This document shows, piece after piece, positions 40,601-50,461 of a stretch of 64,000 nt of DNA. Position numbers and translations under genes: made by a program. Under the pieces are notes generated by a model. That model made no database searches. It was not told the DNA's origin and saw only the letters and a program-made list of their open reading frames with translations. The number at the start of each line of letters is the position of its first letter. Positions within the stretch are counted from its first letter, which is position 1. Origin of the DNA: Ylistrum balloti (lineage: Eukaryota); contig NW_026781917.1 of assembly GCF_031769215.1 (NCBI RefSeq), positions 1,860,001-1,924,000 on the forward strand, written 5' to 3'.

Positions 40601-43600
40601 GGGGAGGATGAGAACAGACTCATTAGTAGGGGAACAGACACTTAGGACTGGTATAGACGCCAGGATCAAGGTCGGAGTTTATCACAATGTAAGTTGGGTC
40701 AAGGTCATGGCATAATGTAAGTCATGTTCATTGTATCCTGATGAAGTCAAGGTCAAGGTCTTTTTGTATTGAGATGTAATTCAGGGCCAAGGTCATTGTG
40801 TATAATAATGTAAGTTCATGATCGAGATCATTTTTGTGTTACCATGTAATTGAAGGTCTAGGTCAACTTGCATCATGTTTATAATTTGTACTCCAGGGCA
40901 TTACAGTTGACAGTGCCCACATAGTCGACAGTGACATGGAGAGTTCCAATGGGCTCATTCATATCATAGACAAAGTCCTCATTCCACCGGAGCTCAATCT
41001 ATTGGAACTCATTCAATCTGACCCAGAACTTGAGTAAGTGATATCAGCATGTGTTTCTGGAATATCCAACAAATGAATTTTATCAAAGAATATTTTTAAT
41101 TCCATCATAATTATGTCCAAATGAGACTAACAGTTTTCGCTTAACACATCATTTACTCTCTGTTTCACTTGTTAGAGGGTAGATTCACAGCTATACCTGC
41201 CAAATATAGCATGTCCGATTACCTGTAGGAATAGCAATACACAATATGTACAATATGTTAAGTTCATTTTGAATTTTTATTCTCAACTTAATGGCAAAAA
41301 TTAACTTTCCAGACTTGAAGCTGTTTTCATTTCCATGAGAATTAAATGCTTACTTGATTTAACCTACCTTTGTGTTGTACATTTATCATTTAGACAGTTA
41401 TATGTTTTGACAAGAAAACAAATTATCACATTAACTACTTCCTACAATGTTTTCTGTGAGGCTCTTCTACATTCCATCATGTTTTTCTCAGGGTTTTCAC
41501 AAATGCTATCAAGAAAGCAGGACTAGAGGATCTGTTCAAACAACAACCAAACAAACAATTAACAGTAATTGCCCCTACTACAGATGCATTCTACAGAATG
41601 CCGACCTACACCAGGGAGGATTATATGAAGAATAAAGAAAAGCTAAAGAGGGTGAGATTATATATAGGGCATGTACCCTATCTATCCAGCAGTAAATCCA
41701 TGTCTGGTAATAAGCCCACCTCATTCCTTCGAGTCAGGCTTTGTAGTTTTGCCCCGTGAACTTATTTAGGGATGAATATATGATGTGTATAAACTTGTGA
41801 ATAAGCATTTTTCTCTTTTTGAACAAAATAAGATATCTTAATATTTCATGTTAAGAATGGAAATTAAAACCGAGTAAACAAAAGTAGTTTTTAAAAAATT
41901 CCCTCAGAAAATCAAGTTCAGTTCTTGGGAGGTGTAGGGGCAATATACAATGTGGTCACAGGATCAAAGTTTGTGTCCTTGGGCAAGGCTCTTATTAGGG
42001 CGAGATGTGGTGCCCTATAGTTATCAGCTTGTTCGTTTGTCTGTCCATTTTTTCATTTCTGTACAGTATCTTGAATTCTGTAAGGCCAATACTTTATGCC
42101 AAGCCTCCTTGAAGGAAGTGCTTGCTTGGAGTATGTAACTTTTCATGTCCAAAGGTTAAAGGTCAAGGTCACTGTTGTTATAAATAGAAAATCAGTTTCC
42201 ATGTGAAAACTAGAGTTTGCTTGGACCAATCTAACCCAAACTTCCTACACTACTTCATTTCTGATATTGTTTGCTTGGGATTGATTTACATTTTTGAATG
42301 TCAAAGGTCAAAGTCACTGTTGCTATAATTAGAAAAATCAGTTTTCCTGCAATCAAGTTTAACTCAAGTCAAGATAACTGTTACTCTTAGTAGAAAATTT
42401 GTTTCTATGATATAACTTGGGTTCCCTTGGGTCAATCAAACTCAAACTTCCTACAATGCTTCCTTAATAAAAGTGCTTGGTAGGGATTACTTTCCAGACC
42501 CAGGGGGAATTTCCAGCTACAAAGCAGGGCCTTGCTGACCTGTCAGTGTTCTAGTTTCAATTGCTTTGGATGGCATGCAACAAGCTTCCATTTCATTTCT
42601 CAGTGAGGTAGTAAACAGCTGCTTCTACAAGGTCAGGCCATGATAGTTTATGGATTAAAGTGTTGGTGTACATAACCCTAGGTGAAGATCCGAGGTGTGT
42701 GGATCCCAGCTCCCAAACTTGTGTTTTGTGTTTCTCAAAAACCTGGAAAACAGAGTAGATTCTGCTGACATGGTTGTGTCCTTGTGCAAGATACTTTACC
42801 TTCATTGTTCTGGGTGGCATTTGACGGTCATCTCGTGTGTTGTTTAGTGTGAGGTAACCATCAGTCGCTATATGGAGGCTCTGCCTCAAAATGAGGTAGT
42901 TAACCTAGCAATAAAAGTTTACCTTGTGGGATTTGGTAAAAAGCGTTTTCAGGGTAAATGGAATCAGTCTTATTTTGTGTGTGTGAAAGGGCAAGATTTA
43001 TTGAACCAAGAAATAGCAGAGTAGGGATGTTTTATGTATATGTATAGGAACCTTAAACATGGTTGCTACATATTAAGTTCCTATTTTTCCCAGGTGGAAC
43101 TTTTTGAAGGATTCAAGCTTTCAGGAGGACAGTGCATTATAGCAGTCTATAAATCCTGTTGTTAAGATCTGAGAAAAAAGAAAACTTTCTACTACTCTCA
43201 AATTTACCAAAGATTATCAAATTGAATTACAAGTTGTTTAACTATTTATAAACATTTTGTTAGTTGGTGTCATTTTTGCTCTCTCTGAATTTCCTACCTG
43301 TAACAATTTAAACAAAACAGTGTTCAAGCTTCTTGTTGAACAATGATAATCCATGTTCATAATTTTGTTATAATTTTTATTTACAGTTGATTGCCCGTCA
43401 CATAATAGACCGTGTGGTGGTCTCCAGTGGCCTTGACATGTCCACGACGTACTCATTGATGTCGCGGCAGCTTGAACCTGTCGCATTCAAGATAGAGCCT
43501 TCTGGCACCCTTTGGATCAATAAGTACGCCAAGGTCCAGGCCAGGGATCATCTGGCTCTTAATGGAGTCATCTTCAAGACTGACCGAGTCCTACATTGTT

Positions 43601-43620
43601 TGTGCAAGGACATTACGTGA
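22450..43620 (+). CDS. TGFBI: TGFBI/periostin-like secreted fasciclin protein, 13 coding exons, 671 aa (signal peptide + EMI + 4 FAS1)
   Basis: Exons join in frame through canonical GT-AG introns to 2016 nt including the stop. EMI motif GPNMCRV...YQCCPGY...GEKGCPA; FAS1 motifs FTVFVPIDKAF, VNCARIMVPNQMASNGILHVIDR, TTNGVIHIINKVL, WFAPNDAAF, SSNGLIHIIDKVL, ALNGVIFKTDRVL. Probably co-orthologous to vertebrate TGFBI and POSTN. Confidence 0.93.
24768..25020 (+). mobile_element. HINE/Helentron-type 5' end fragment
   Basis: TTAGTTCACCTGACCCGAAGAGTCA hairpin start, GTCCGTCG tract and GGCCGCCATCTTG motif, as recalled for bivalve non-autonomous Helitron-like repeats. Confidence 0.55.
25444..25640 (+). 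repeat. 73-bp direct duplication followed by a SINE central-domain remnant
   Basis: Units at 25444 and 25517; GGAGAAAACTGGAGTACCC at 25598 resembles the V/Meta-SINE motif GGAGGAAACCGGAGTACCC. Confidence 0.55.
29515..29607 (+). CDS. TGFBI: Fasciclin coding exon 2 (EMI domain, N-half)
   Basis: ttacag|T; PNMCRVKEVYGTGQRFYEGKVPQRRVCDRP; donor AC|GTAGGT; 93 nt, phase 2 to 2; too short for the ORF track. Confidence 0.9.
32185..32249 (+). CDS. TGFBI: Fasciclin coding exon 3 (EMI domain, C-half)
   Basis: ttatag|A; YIRYQCCPGYNMVEGEKGCPA; donor G|GTTAGT; 65 nt, phase 2 to 1. Confidence 0.92.
32420..33490 (+). mobile_element. HINE-like element carrying about 6.5 diverged units of about 147 bp
   Basis: AGAGTTATTGCCC-like motif at about 32560, 32706, 32857, 33004, 33151, 33297; 3' end GGGGGAGCA...ACTCTTGT. 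Confidence 0.65.
35470..35680. repeat. Degenerate short repeat built on GTATCCATGGTAAC (X-box-like)
   Basis: Five related 14-mers at 35474, 35532, 35558, 35603, 35665. Confidence 0.7.
35728..35893 (+). CDS. TGFBI: Fasciclin coding exon 4 (FAS1-1)
   Basis: ttcag|TT; QPLQNLK...GAFTVFVPIDKAFENITYDD; donor AG|GTATT; 166 nt. Confidence 0.92.
36056..36202. mobile_element. Decayed mariner/Tigger-like MITE
   Basis: ACAGT...AACCTG start, CAGGTTTAACTG end, internal GAGACC/ACCAC motifs. Confidence 0.3.
36258..36414 (+). CDS. TGFBI: Fasciclin coding exon 5 (FAS1-1)
   Basis: atcag|A; ...LLHYHVVTGRY...KLRINKYPSG; donor GGG|GTAAGT; 157 nt. Confidence 0.92.
36409..36597 (+). repeat. 26-bp tandem repeat x7 spanning the exon 5 donor
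   Basis: AGTGGGGTAAGTGATGTACCTAATTC at 36409, 36435, 36461, 36487, 36513, 36539, 36565 (one substitution in copy 7). Confidence 0.97.
36720..36797 (+). CDS. TGFBI: Fasciclin coding exon 6 (FAS1-1 H2 motif)
   Basis: ttgtag|; VATVNCARIMVPNQMASNGILHVIDR; donor AGG|GTAGGT; 78 nt. Confidence 0.93.
37108..37324 (+). CDS. TGFBI: Fasciclin coding exon 7 (FAS1-2)
   Basis: gaacag|; LIRPLDYRGTIADVI...HFTLFIPEDKAF...KVAT; donor G|GTAGGT; 217 nt. Confidence 0.92.
37614..38150 (+). mobile_element. HINE-like element, same family as 20450-20990
   Basis: TTATT-AGTCCC...GGGACT hairpin, (GTCT/GTCC) microsatellite, internal AAAGGTCAAC units. Confidence 0.62.
38181..38517. mobile_element. Two about-155-bp GCCATCTTGGAT-type units bounded by GTCGACAG direct repeats
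   Basis: GC(G/A)GCCATCTTGGAT three times; GTCGACAG at 38181-38188 and 38510-38517. Confidence 0.6.
39380..39589 (+). CDS. TGFBI: Fasciclin coding exon 8 (FAS1-2)
   Basis: tttcag|CC; IAKYHIVKNTYCAAS...DIVTTNGVIHIINKVLLPNT; donor G|GTAGGT; 210 nt. Confidence 0.93.
39911..40048 (+). CDS. TGFBI: Fasciclin coding exon 9 (FAS1-3)
   Basis: ctacag|TA; KDILQVAHEL...EYTWFAPNDAAFE; donor G|GTAACG; 138 nt. Confidence 0.92.
40522..40688 (+). CDS. TGFBI: Fasciclin coding exon 10 (FAS1-3)
   Basis: ttgcag|CT; LSPIYKEAL...MLKYHTLEGR...VGVYHN; donor AAT|GTAAGT; 167 nt. Confidence 0.92.
40897..41033 (+). CDS. TGFBI: Fasciclin coding exon 11 (FAS1-3/4)
   Basis: ctccag|; GITVDSAHIVDSDMESSNGLIHIIDKVLIPPELNLLELIQSDPEL; donor GA|GTAAGT; 137 nt. 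Confidence 0.93.
41492..41651 (+). CDS. TGFBI: Fasciclin coding exon 12 (FAS1-4)
   Basis: tctcag|G; VFTNAIKKAGL...LTVIAPTTDAF...KEKLKR; donor AGG|GTGAGA; 160 nt. Confidence 0.92.
41991..42480 (+). mobile_element. HINE-like element remnant
   Basis: TAGGGC...GCCCTA hairpin, TTTGTCTGTCC tract, repeated AAAGGTCAAGGTCACTGTTG units. Confidence 0.5.
42636..42922 (+). mobile_element. tRNA-derived CORE-type SINE, decayed
   Basis: Degenerate A-box/B-box head; GGTTGTGTCCTTGTGCAAGATACTTTACCTTCATTG resembles the CORE motif GTGTCCTTGGGCAAGACACTT; AATAAAAGTT tail. Confidence 0.55.
43387..43620 (+). CDS. TGFBI: Fasciclin terminal coding exon 13 (FAS1-4)
   Basis: ttacag|; LIARHIIDR...ALNGVIFKTDRVLHCLCKDIT*; 234 nt. 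Confidence 0.92.
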   Translation: MIARHIIDRVVVSSGLDMSTTYSLMSRQLEPVAFKIEPSGTLWINKYAKVQARDHLALNGVIFKTDRVLHCLCKDIT

Positions 43621-43687
43621 CGAGTGACCAACGGGCATAACCTGGTGTAATGACCTCTGGAAGTCATGTGGCAATGAATGACCTCTG

Positions 43688-43693
43688 AATAAA
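43688..43693 (+). terminator. Candidate polyadenylation signal of the fasciclin gene
   Basis: First AATAAA, 68 nt after the TGA, followed by T/GT-rich sequence. Confidence 0.5.
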
Positions 43694-44789
43694 ATATACT
43701 GATGTTTGCACTTTTGATATTATAACAATGTTGGACTTGCTTGAAGCAATCTTCTGGTTCCTGGCAAAGATCAAGCTGTTGTTATGTTAACTGTGCATGA
43801 AGATCAAATAATTCTCATGGATAAAGATCTCCAAATAGGGACACAATCTAGTGCTTATATTGTATTTATGCCAATTTGATGTGTGGCTCCACACTGCCAG
43901 CAGTTTCTTGTTGAATACACGCAGCTGAGCTTTACTGGAAAGTTTGGACTGCCTATCTGTGTATATTGGTGATATACTTAAGTCTCAGGTGATATTTTAC
44001 CTGTTTCATTGTCTATTAACCAAAGATAGTGTGTGTTATACATTCTCTGCTAAAACATTACTCATAAATATGTACATTTTTACTGCACAGCAGGAGTGTA
44101 AGATATTATGAAGACAAAAGTGAAATTAATTATAAATGTACGAGTGTGAAAGAAGATAACTCAATCTATCAGTTTTTAAGGGAGATAACTCTAGAATATC
44201 AACTGAAGAGCAACTGAGAAGGGAGGTAACCTTGAAAGCTTCTAGCTGTTGGAAAATTCTCTGTAGTATTGGTTTGTTTGTTCCAGTGTTGTTTATCAAA
44301 ACCAGCAGAAAATGGCCAGTGAATTGAAAGAAAAATGCTACAAAGTTGCAAACTTGTTTCAGTGGTATTTTTGCCAATTTGAAATTTCTCTAAGTTTGAA
44401 TTAAAAACAATTGATTGTCTGTTAATCACTGGATCAATGCAGCTGGATGGTTCACGGCTGAAACTGCCATTTTAGATATGATAACATATAGTGTTGTCTT
44501 TTTGGTAAAAGCAGATGTCACACACTTTTAAGAGTTAAAAAAGGTACAAGGGATAGAGCCAACACTGTGGTTTATCTTAGTGCAGATCCAGGTGGCCTGT
44601 ACTCTTCAGCTGGACACAAGAAGGAATACAGGGCAGTTGTGTCATAGCTATGATCCATCCAGGGTTATTCAAAGGACCACAACAGCTTCCAAGTTATTAG
44701 ATAAATAATACAAGTCTTACACACCGTTCTCCTAAAAGGGTGTTTATATGTATGTATGATTGAAGGTTTGATGTTGAAAACCTTGAAGT

Positions 44790-45202
44790 ATGGACTTACA
44801 GTACCTTACTGAAGTATAATTGTCCACTATAGCTATCTCATTGTCCTGTTGTAAGCCCATGGACTTACAGTACCTTACTGAAGTATAATTGTCCACTATA
44901 GCTATCTCATTGTCCTGTTGTAAGCCCATGGACTTACAGTACCTTACAGCAGTATAACTGTCCACTATAGCTATCTCATTGTCCTGTTGTAAGCCCATGG
45001 ACTTACAGTACCTTACTGAAGTATAACTGTCCACTATAGCTATCTCATTGTCCTGTTGTAAGCCCATGGACTTACAGTACCTTACTGAAGTATAATTGTC
45101 CACTATAGCTATCTCATTGTCCTGTTGTAAGCCCATGGACTTACAGTACCTTACTGAAGTATAACTGTCCATTATAGCTATCTCATTGTCCTGTTGTTAG
45201 CC
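44790..45202. repeat. Minisatellite, 69-bp unit x6
   Basis: GGACTTACAG at 44792, 44861, 44930, 44999, 45068, 45137. Confidence 0.97.
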
Positions 45203-48200
45203 TTCACTTGACTTTAATCATATGCAATGCTTTGCACCCTGATGGTCATTGCTTGGCAAAATACCAGTCCCAAGAGAAGATTTTTTTAAGCCTGCCAGCA
45301 TCTTTTTACAGTAATGAATTATCTTAGGGGACATAACTGTTGTAGAAGTGCATCTTCATACAAGACAATGAAATAGTACATGTATTGATATTATTAATAA
45401 CCATTTTAATGAACTACATTAGCAGAGGATGGTGGACTTATATCAAGCATCAGCTTATATTTTGATGCATTTGATGAATAATTGATAAGGCTTGTCTTGT
45501 TAGTACAACAAAAGTCAAGGAGATTAAGGTCTTATTTAAAGATTGCTACTGGCAAAATTTTGGATGCTTTTTGAGATGTAACAGTTTACTTGATGAAGTC
45601 AAACTATTCTTCACAAATCCAATTCATGATGACACTTGCTTTTGTTTTTTACAATTTATAAAAATATCTTTATACTAAATGAAATTCTTCAAGTCATCAT
45701 GGTTCAGTTTTGTTCGGGCTGGAGATATAGTGGTAGGTTGTAATTTTACTTGTCTAAAGATCTCCTACCAGTTATTCTATCCATCTCTTTCAAACTTAAT
45801 GGGCTTATCACCATGGCGCTAGGCTGTTTTCCTGTTTGGTTGTGGAAGTCTAGTGTTCTAGTCATATTTTGACAGTAATAGCTTCCAAATTTACTTTAAA
45901 TGGTTTTCAAAGATAGGTTGCCATATGGATATACAAGTTGATGAAAATGAAAACAATTTTTTTTTGTATTGCATTGTTTAGGAAATTTTGCCAGTACCTA
46001 GACACTAGTGTTTTAAGTATGAGAGAATGATCCCAGCAAGCAAGCCCCCATGGCCTGTTATTATTAGTGTAAACACCAAACTGTTGTTGGAATATTAACA
46101 AACATATATAGTACCAGATGCATGACAACTTTTTACAGGTCAATACATATCTTTATGTTTTTTTGTCGTAAGGGTTTGGCCAGTAGTAGTGAGTAATAGG
46201 AGTAGTGTGTCAGATAATATCTATTAATATTTATCATTGTGGCAGTGAATTACTCTGTTTTGTGACGTTCTGCTTTGAGGTCTTTCCATGACAGTATACT
46301 AACTATGCATTTTCATTTTTGTACATAAAAGTACTCATGAGTGATTAATCCACCTATTGAAATGTATCTGATAATTTTCAGATGTTCATTGCCACAAAGT
46401 GGATTTTTTTTACTTACCATTATAATGATATAAAAGAATATTTTTCCACTGAATTGGCACAACTTTATGTATTGTTTCGAACAATGATTAAATGTTTCAA
46501 TGATTTTTCTCATGGATAGATGAGGTAAAATTATAGTGTTTCTTCAGTGAATTCAATACTTTCAACAATCAATATGCTAACTAATTTGTTCAGAAGAGAT
46601 TTCACCCAGGTACATATATTGTTTGAACAAATTTGCTGCTCATATTCACAGCTGTCTCTTTGTAAATATCTTACTGTACATCCCTTTGTAAATATGTATT
46701 TAGACATGTAATGTGTAAATATGCTATAAAATTGAAAGACGTTACCAATAATGTATATTATTCCAGTTATATACATGTATACTGTATCCTAGAAAAAACA
46801 AACTCCTCCATGGTATAATCTGAATATCACATTTTATTTCATCACAAACGGTGAAACATTTCTTATTTTATACATCACACTTGACCTTTGACCTCCATAG
46901 GTGTCAGCTGATTGGTCAGGTGTTGGTGCTACTAGGAATGCTACTGGATAATGCAAAAGACTGTCGGGGAATTTGTGGCAAATAGAATCTTCATTATTAC
47001 TTTCCATCTTTCAATGGGTGAAATTTTGCATTACATAAATGAAAACAATTCTACTGGTCAATGTTTCTCTCCTCCTATAGTTGCTGTACTTTGTTCATCC
47101 AAAAATGATTTATTTTTGATGATTGGTTAATATTCATCAGTCAATAAATACATACTTCAACTACTTAAATTTTCAAGTTCAAGAATTTTTTCCTCTTCTC
47201 AAAAGAAAAGGTATCAAAGCAAAATATTCAGAAATTTCCACAATATCATCAACATCCTGCTATTTTTTTTACATTTACACAAAGATCAATTTTGACACAA
47301 GACATTTACAATACAATCAATACAACACTGAATCAATAAATAGAACCCAACTGTGTCCTCATTGACCTTCCAAGAAAACAATGACCTTCAAATAATTCCT
47401 GAGAGAACCCTCATGGTCAGAAGATAATACAATGCATAGCTGACCAATTTAAGACACAATAACAAACCCAGGTGACAGAATGTTGTGGTTCCCAAAAGAT
47501 TTCTTACCAAGGGGAGATAAACCATGACAATGAACACACAAATTTTCCCGAAAGATGTATCAATTAAACAAAAAGCACCAAACATAAAGTTATGATAAAT
47601 TAAACACATTCTTTGGCACGTGTGTGTGTTTTATGAAGTAAACATCCTGAACTATTCAGAACTCAATATTAGTCAGTCCATTTTAATGTCAATTATATCT
47701 CAGAAATGTTGGGGATGTAACCAGATACTTCATGTTATATAGATTATGATGTTAAATCATCACTTTAGTGTTTTCTTGAACTTAAATGAATAAATTGAAG
47801 GAAACAATAACTAAATATTCAAAAGGAATTCATAAAACAATATCATGAAACAAAAACTCTGTTCTCTTTTGCGAGAGACCATGAATGAGGCCAAAGCCAA
47901 TAGGATGACTTGTGTTAGGGGAGATAAGGATACTGTAAGAAAGGGAGATAAGTCACCATAAATCTTCACAATTGTAAACATAAACTCAAATCTGGCTTCT
48001 GATGTGACACAACTCTGAATACCTCTTACAGAATATTACAATATAAGACATACAGAATTTGTGTCGGTAACATAAATCTGTAAGATTATACTCCATCAAT
48101 GTCTTAAATACATGTGATATTTGAAATGAGCAGATCAATATTAAATAACTATATAGAAATGATGAGTTGAAAAGAGATTCCTATGTAACTGACTGGTGGT

Positions 48201-50239
48201 GAAAAAATGACATTCCTATAACAATGTCTGTATATGGGTCAAATTTACTTATTATTTTTCATACTTACTTCAGCTAAAATCCTTTCAACATGTTTTTGTT
48301 TTAGTAAATGTTTGCCCAATAGATTGTATCTTGTTAAAACCAAGCTTTCCTTATAAATATGACACGTGTACAAATATGGAATGGTTTGTTGTACAGTATA
48401 TATATATTAAAACTAAACTTCATATACAATAAAAATCTGTATGTACAAAATTTTAACTGATGATCTACAAATTACTATATTACCGTTTAAATATTAAATA
48501 TTGCATAATAAAGTGCATAATAACATCAAATAACTCCAGATCTCCATTTTACACTGTAACACAGCATAAAGCAGCATGTGTGAAATCGCAGTGTGTCAGA
48601 AAAAGTTAAACAAAGTACATACAAAGACATAACACATCTAATGCAACAAAATTAATTTCAGAAACATTTTTTGTTTGGCTCATTGTTGTACAATGATTGA
48701 ATTCTGAAATACTTGTCAATTATAAATAGCAGATCAGAAAAAGACCTCAAAAGAAAGGGGGAAAAACGAAGGGTAGCACTTGTGTCAGTGATTTTCAGAT
48801 CTAAAATATCAGAAACATTTTTCAGATCTTTAACCTTGAAAATTATAACCTTTAAAAGTGGATGTCTATTTGTGTTTTAGGTTTGTTAGTTAGCACTTAT
48901 TACTCATCAAATATGCAGGGGGGCTGTTTTTACATTTCATAGCATAAATCATATGTATTTATTAACAGTGAGTGAAAATTATTATCAGGTGCCTCATCAT
49001 AACAGAGGATCAGGTTCTAAAATGTCATAAATGTAGATTGAAATATTTTAAACTTCATGCATTGTAAATGCTCCCAGTATTGACTAGAGTTATACGACCT
49101 TTTGACCTCTGACAGACTGTTTTTCTTGTATCACACCTTTTCATATCTTACCTCAAATACCTATATATGTAATTGCTATAAATGTAACAGTAGTTAATCA
49201 CACTAGTGAAAATAACATCATAGTATGCAACATAAATTCAAATTTATAAATACGTTTTTTGTGAAATAACTATTTACTATAATATTTTGCCTTTTCCTGA
49301 TTCATAATATTACTATTTAAATTTCCAATATCATGACATTTTACTTTTCACATAAAGTTTAAAAAAATTTAAGTTTTACATTAAAGCTGACGATCCTGAA
49401 TAAATACACAGCTGCTAACTTGAAATGAGAAAAGAATGTCAGTTGTTTATTTTCTCCATGTTATGTTTTTTTTTTTTTTATCACAGAAAATTCTTAGAAG
49501 TCTAAACCTGTTGATCAGTGTTACAACTTGAGTGACTAGTTTAGTCAGGCTAAAAGTCTTAAAGAGTCTCTCATTGTTACAGTTGTCGACTGATTTTTGG
49601 AAAGCCACAAACAGTATGTTACTTTCCTTCCCAATTCCTGTCATACTGTTGATACCCTAAAGCACTAAATCTGTCACCTTTCATGCATTTCAATGATGTT
49701 TTATCTTAGCATAAAATGGATCAAATGCAAGCTGTTACATAATTAACAACATCAAATACTACGTTTCCAATATGAAACTCTGCAAAATTTCATGAAAAAT
49801 AGTTTATCATCATCATTAACTTTGACCAAAGTTGTATGATAAAATTTGAACCCTCAAAATTCAAGTTATGATATAGTATGACATTTAAATCCGAATAACA
49901 TCATAGTGTGACCTTTGATTCCAACGTAACATGTCTTAAAAGACCCTTTGTGACAACGTTGACAAATATTGTTCAATCATACTTGATCCCTTGATACAAA
50001 ACAGCATCTGAAGTTTCATCTGATCTGAAAGGTCATAAATGCAGTCATGAACTTTGACCCTAAATATCATAACTCATAGAGCAACATTTGATTTTAAAAA
50101 TATCATGTCAATGTTATTAAACAAGTGTTAATGTCACAATATCATTCTGAACACAGGAACTACCAGAAAATACTGGTGCAGTATATACTATGGATTCACA
50201 CTGAAGTCCCCAGGGGTGGGGCACTAAAGGGACCAGGGG

Positions 50240-50461
50240 TCATACTATAGACACCTCTCCCTCATCGTCGTCATAGTCCATGTATGCCAGACTGCCACCA
50301 ACCTGGCGAGAAACACACACCTGTGCAGGTACATGACCACTAACTCGTGCCGAGACTATACCTCTACTGTGGGGTGGACCGTAACTGCCACCAGGGTGAT
50401 GGTGCGGGGAGTGACAGCCGTGGCGGCCTTGGCTTTTATTCTGTCGTACACGCCTATAATA
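50240..50461 (-). CDS. FCHSD2: FCHSD terminal exon A ending -EVSIV*
   Basis: tgtctttttcag|YYRRVRQ...[10 protein letters not shown]; GC-rich; ending resembles the human FCHSD2 ending (EITLV, from memory). Confidence 0.82.
   Translation of the reverse strand, partial: YYRRVRQNKSQGRHGCHSPHHHPGGSYGPPHSRGIVSARVSGHVPAQVCVSRQVGGSLAYMDYDDDEGEVSIV

Noticed and set aside
44560-44625. Strong minus-strand acceptor that could be a third FCHSD terminal exon (AEEYRPPGSALR*)
   Set aside because: Lies more than 5 kb beyond terminal exon A and several poly(A) signals; no motif or homology support.
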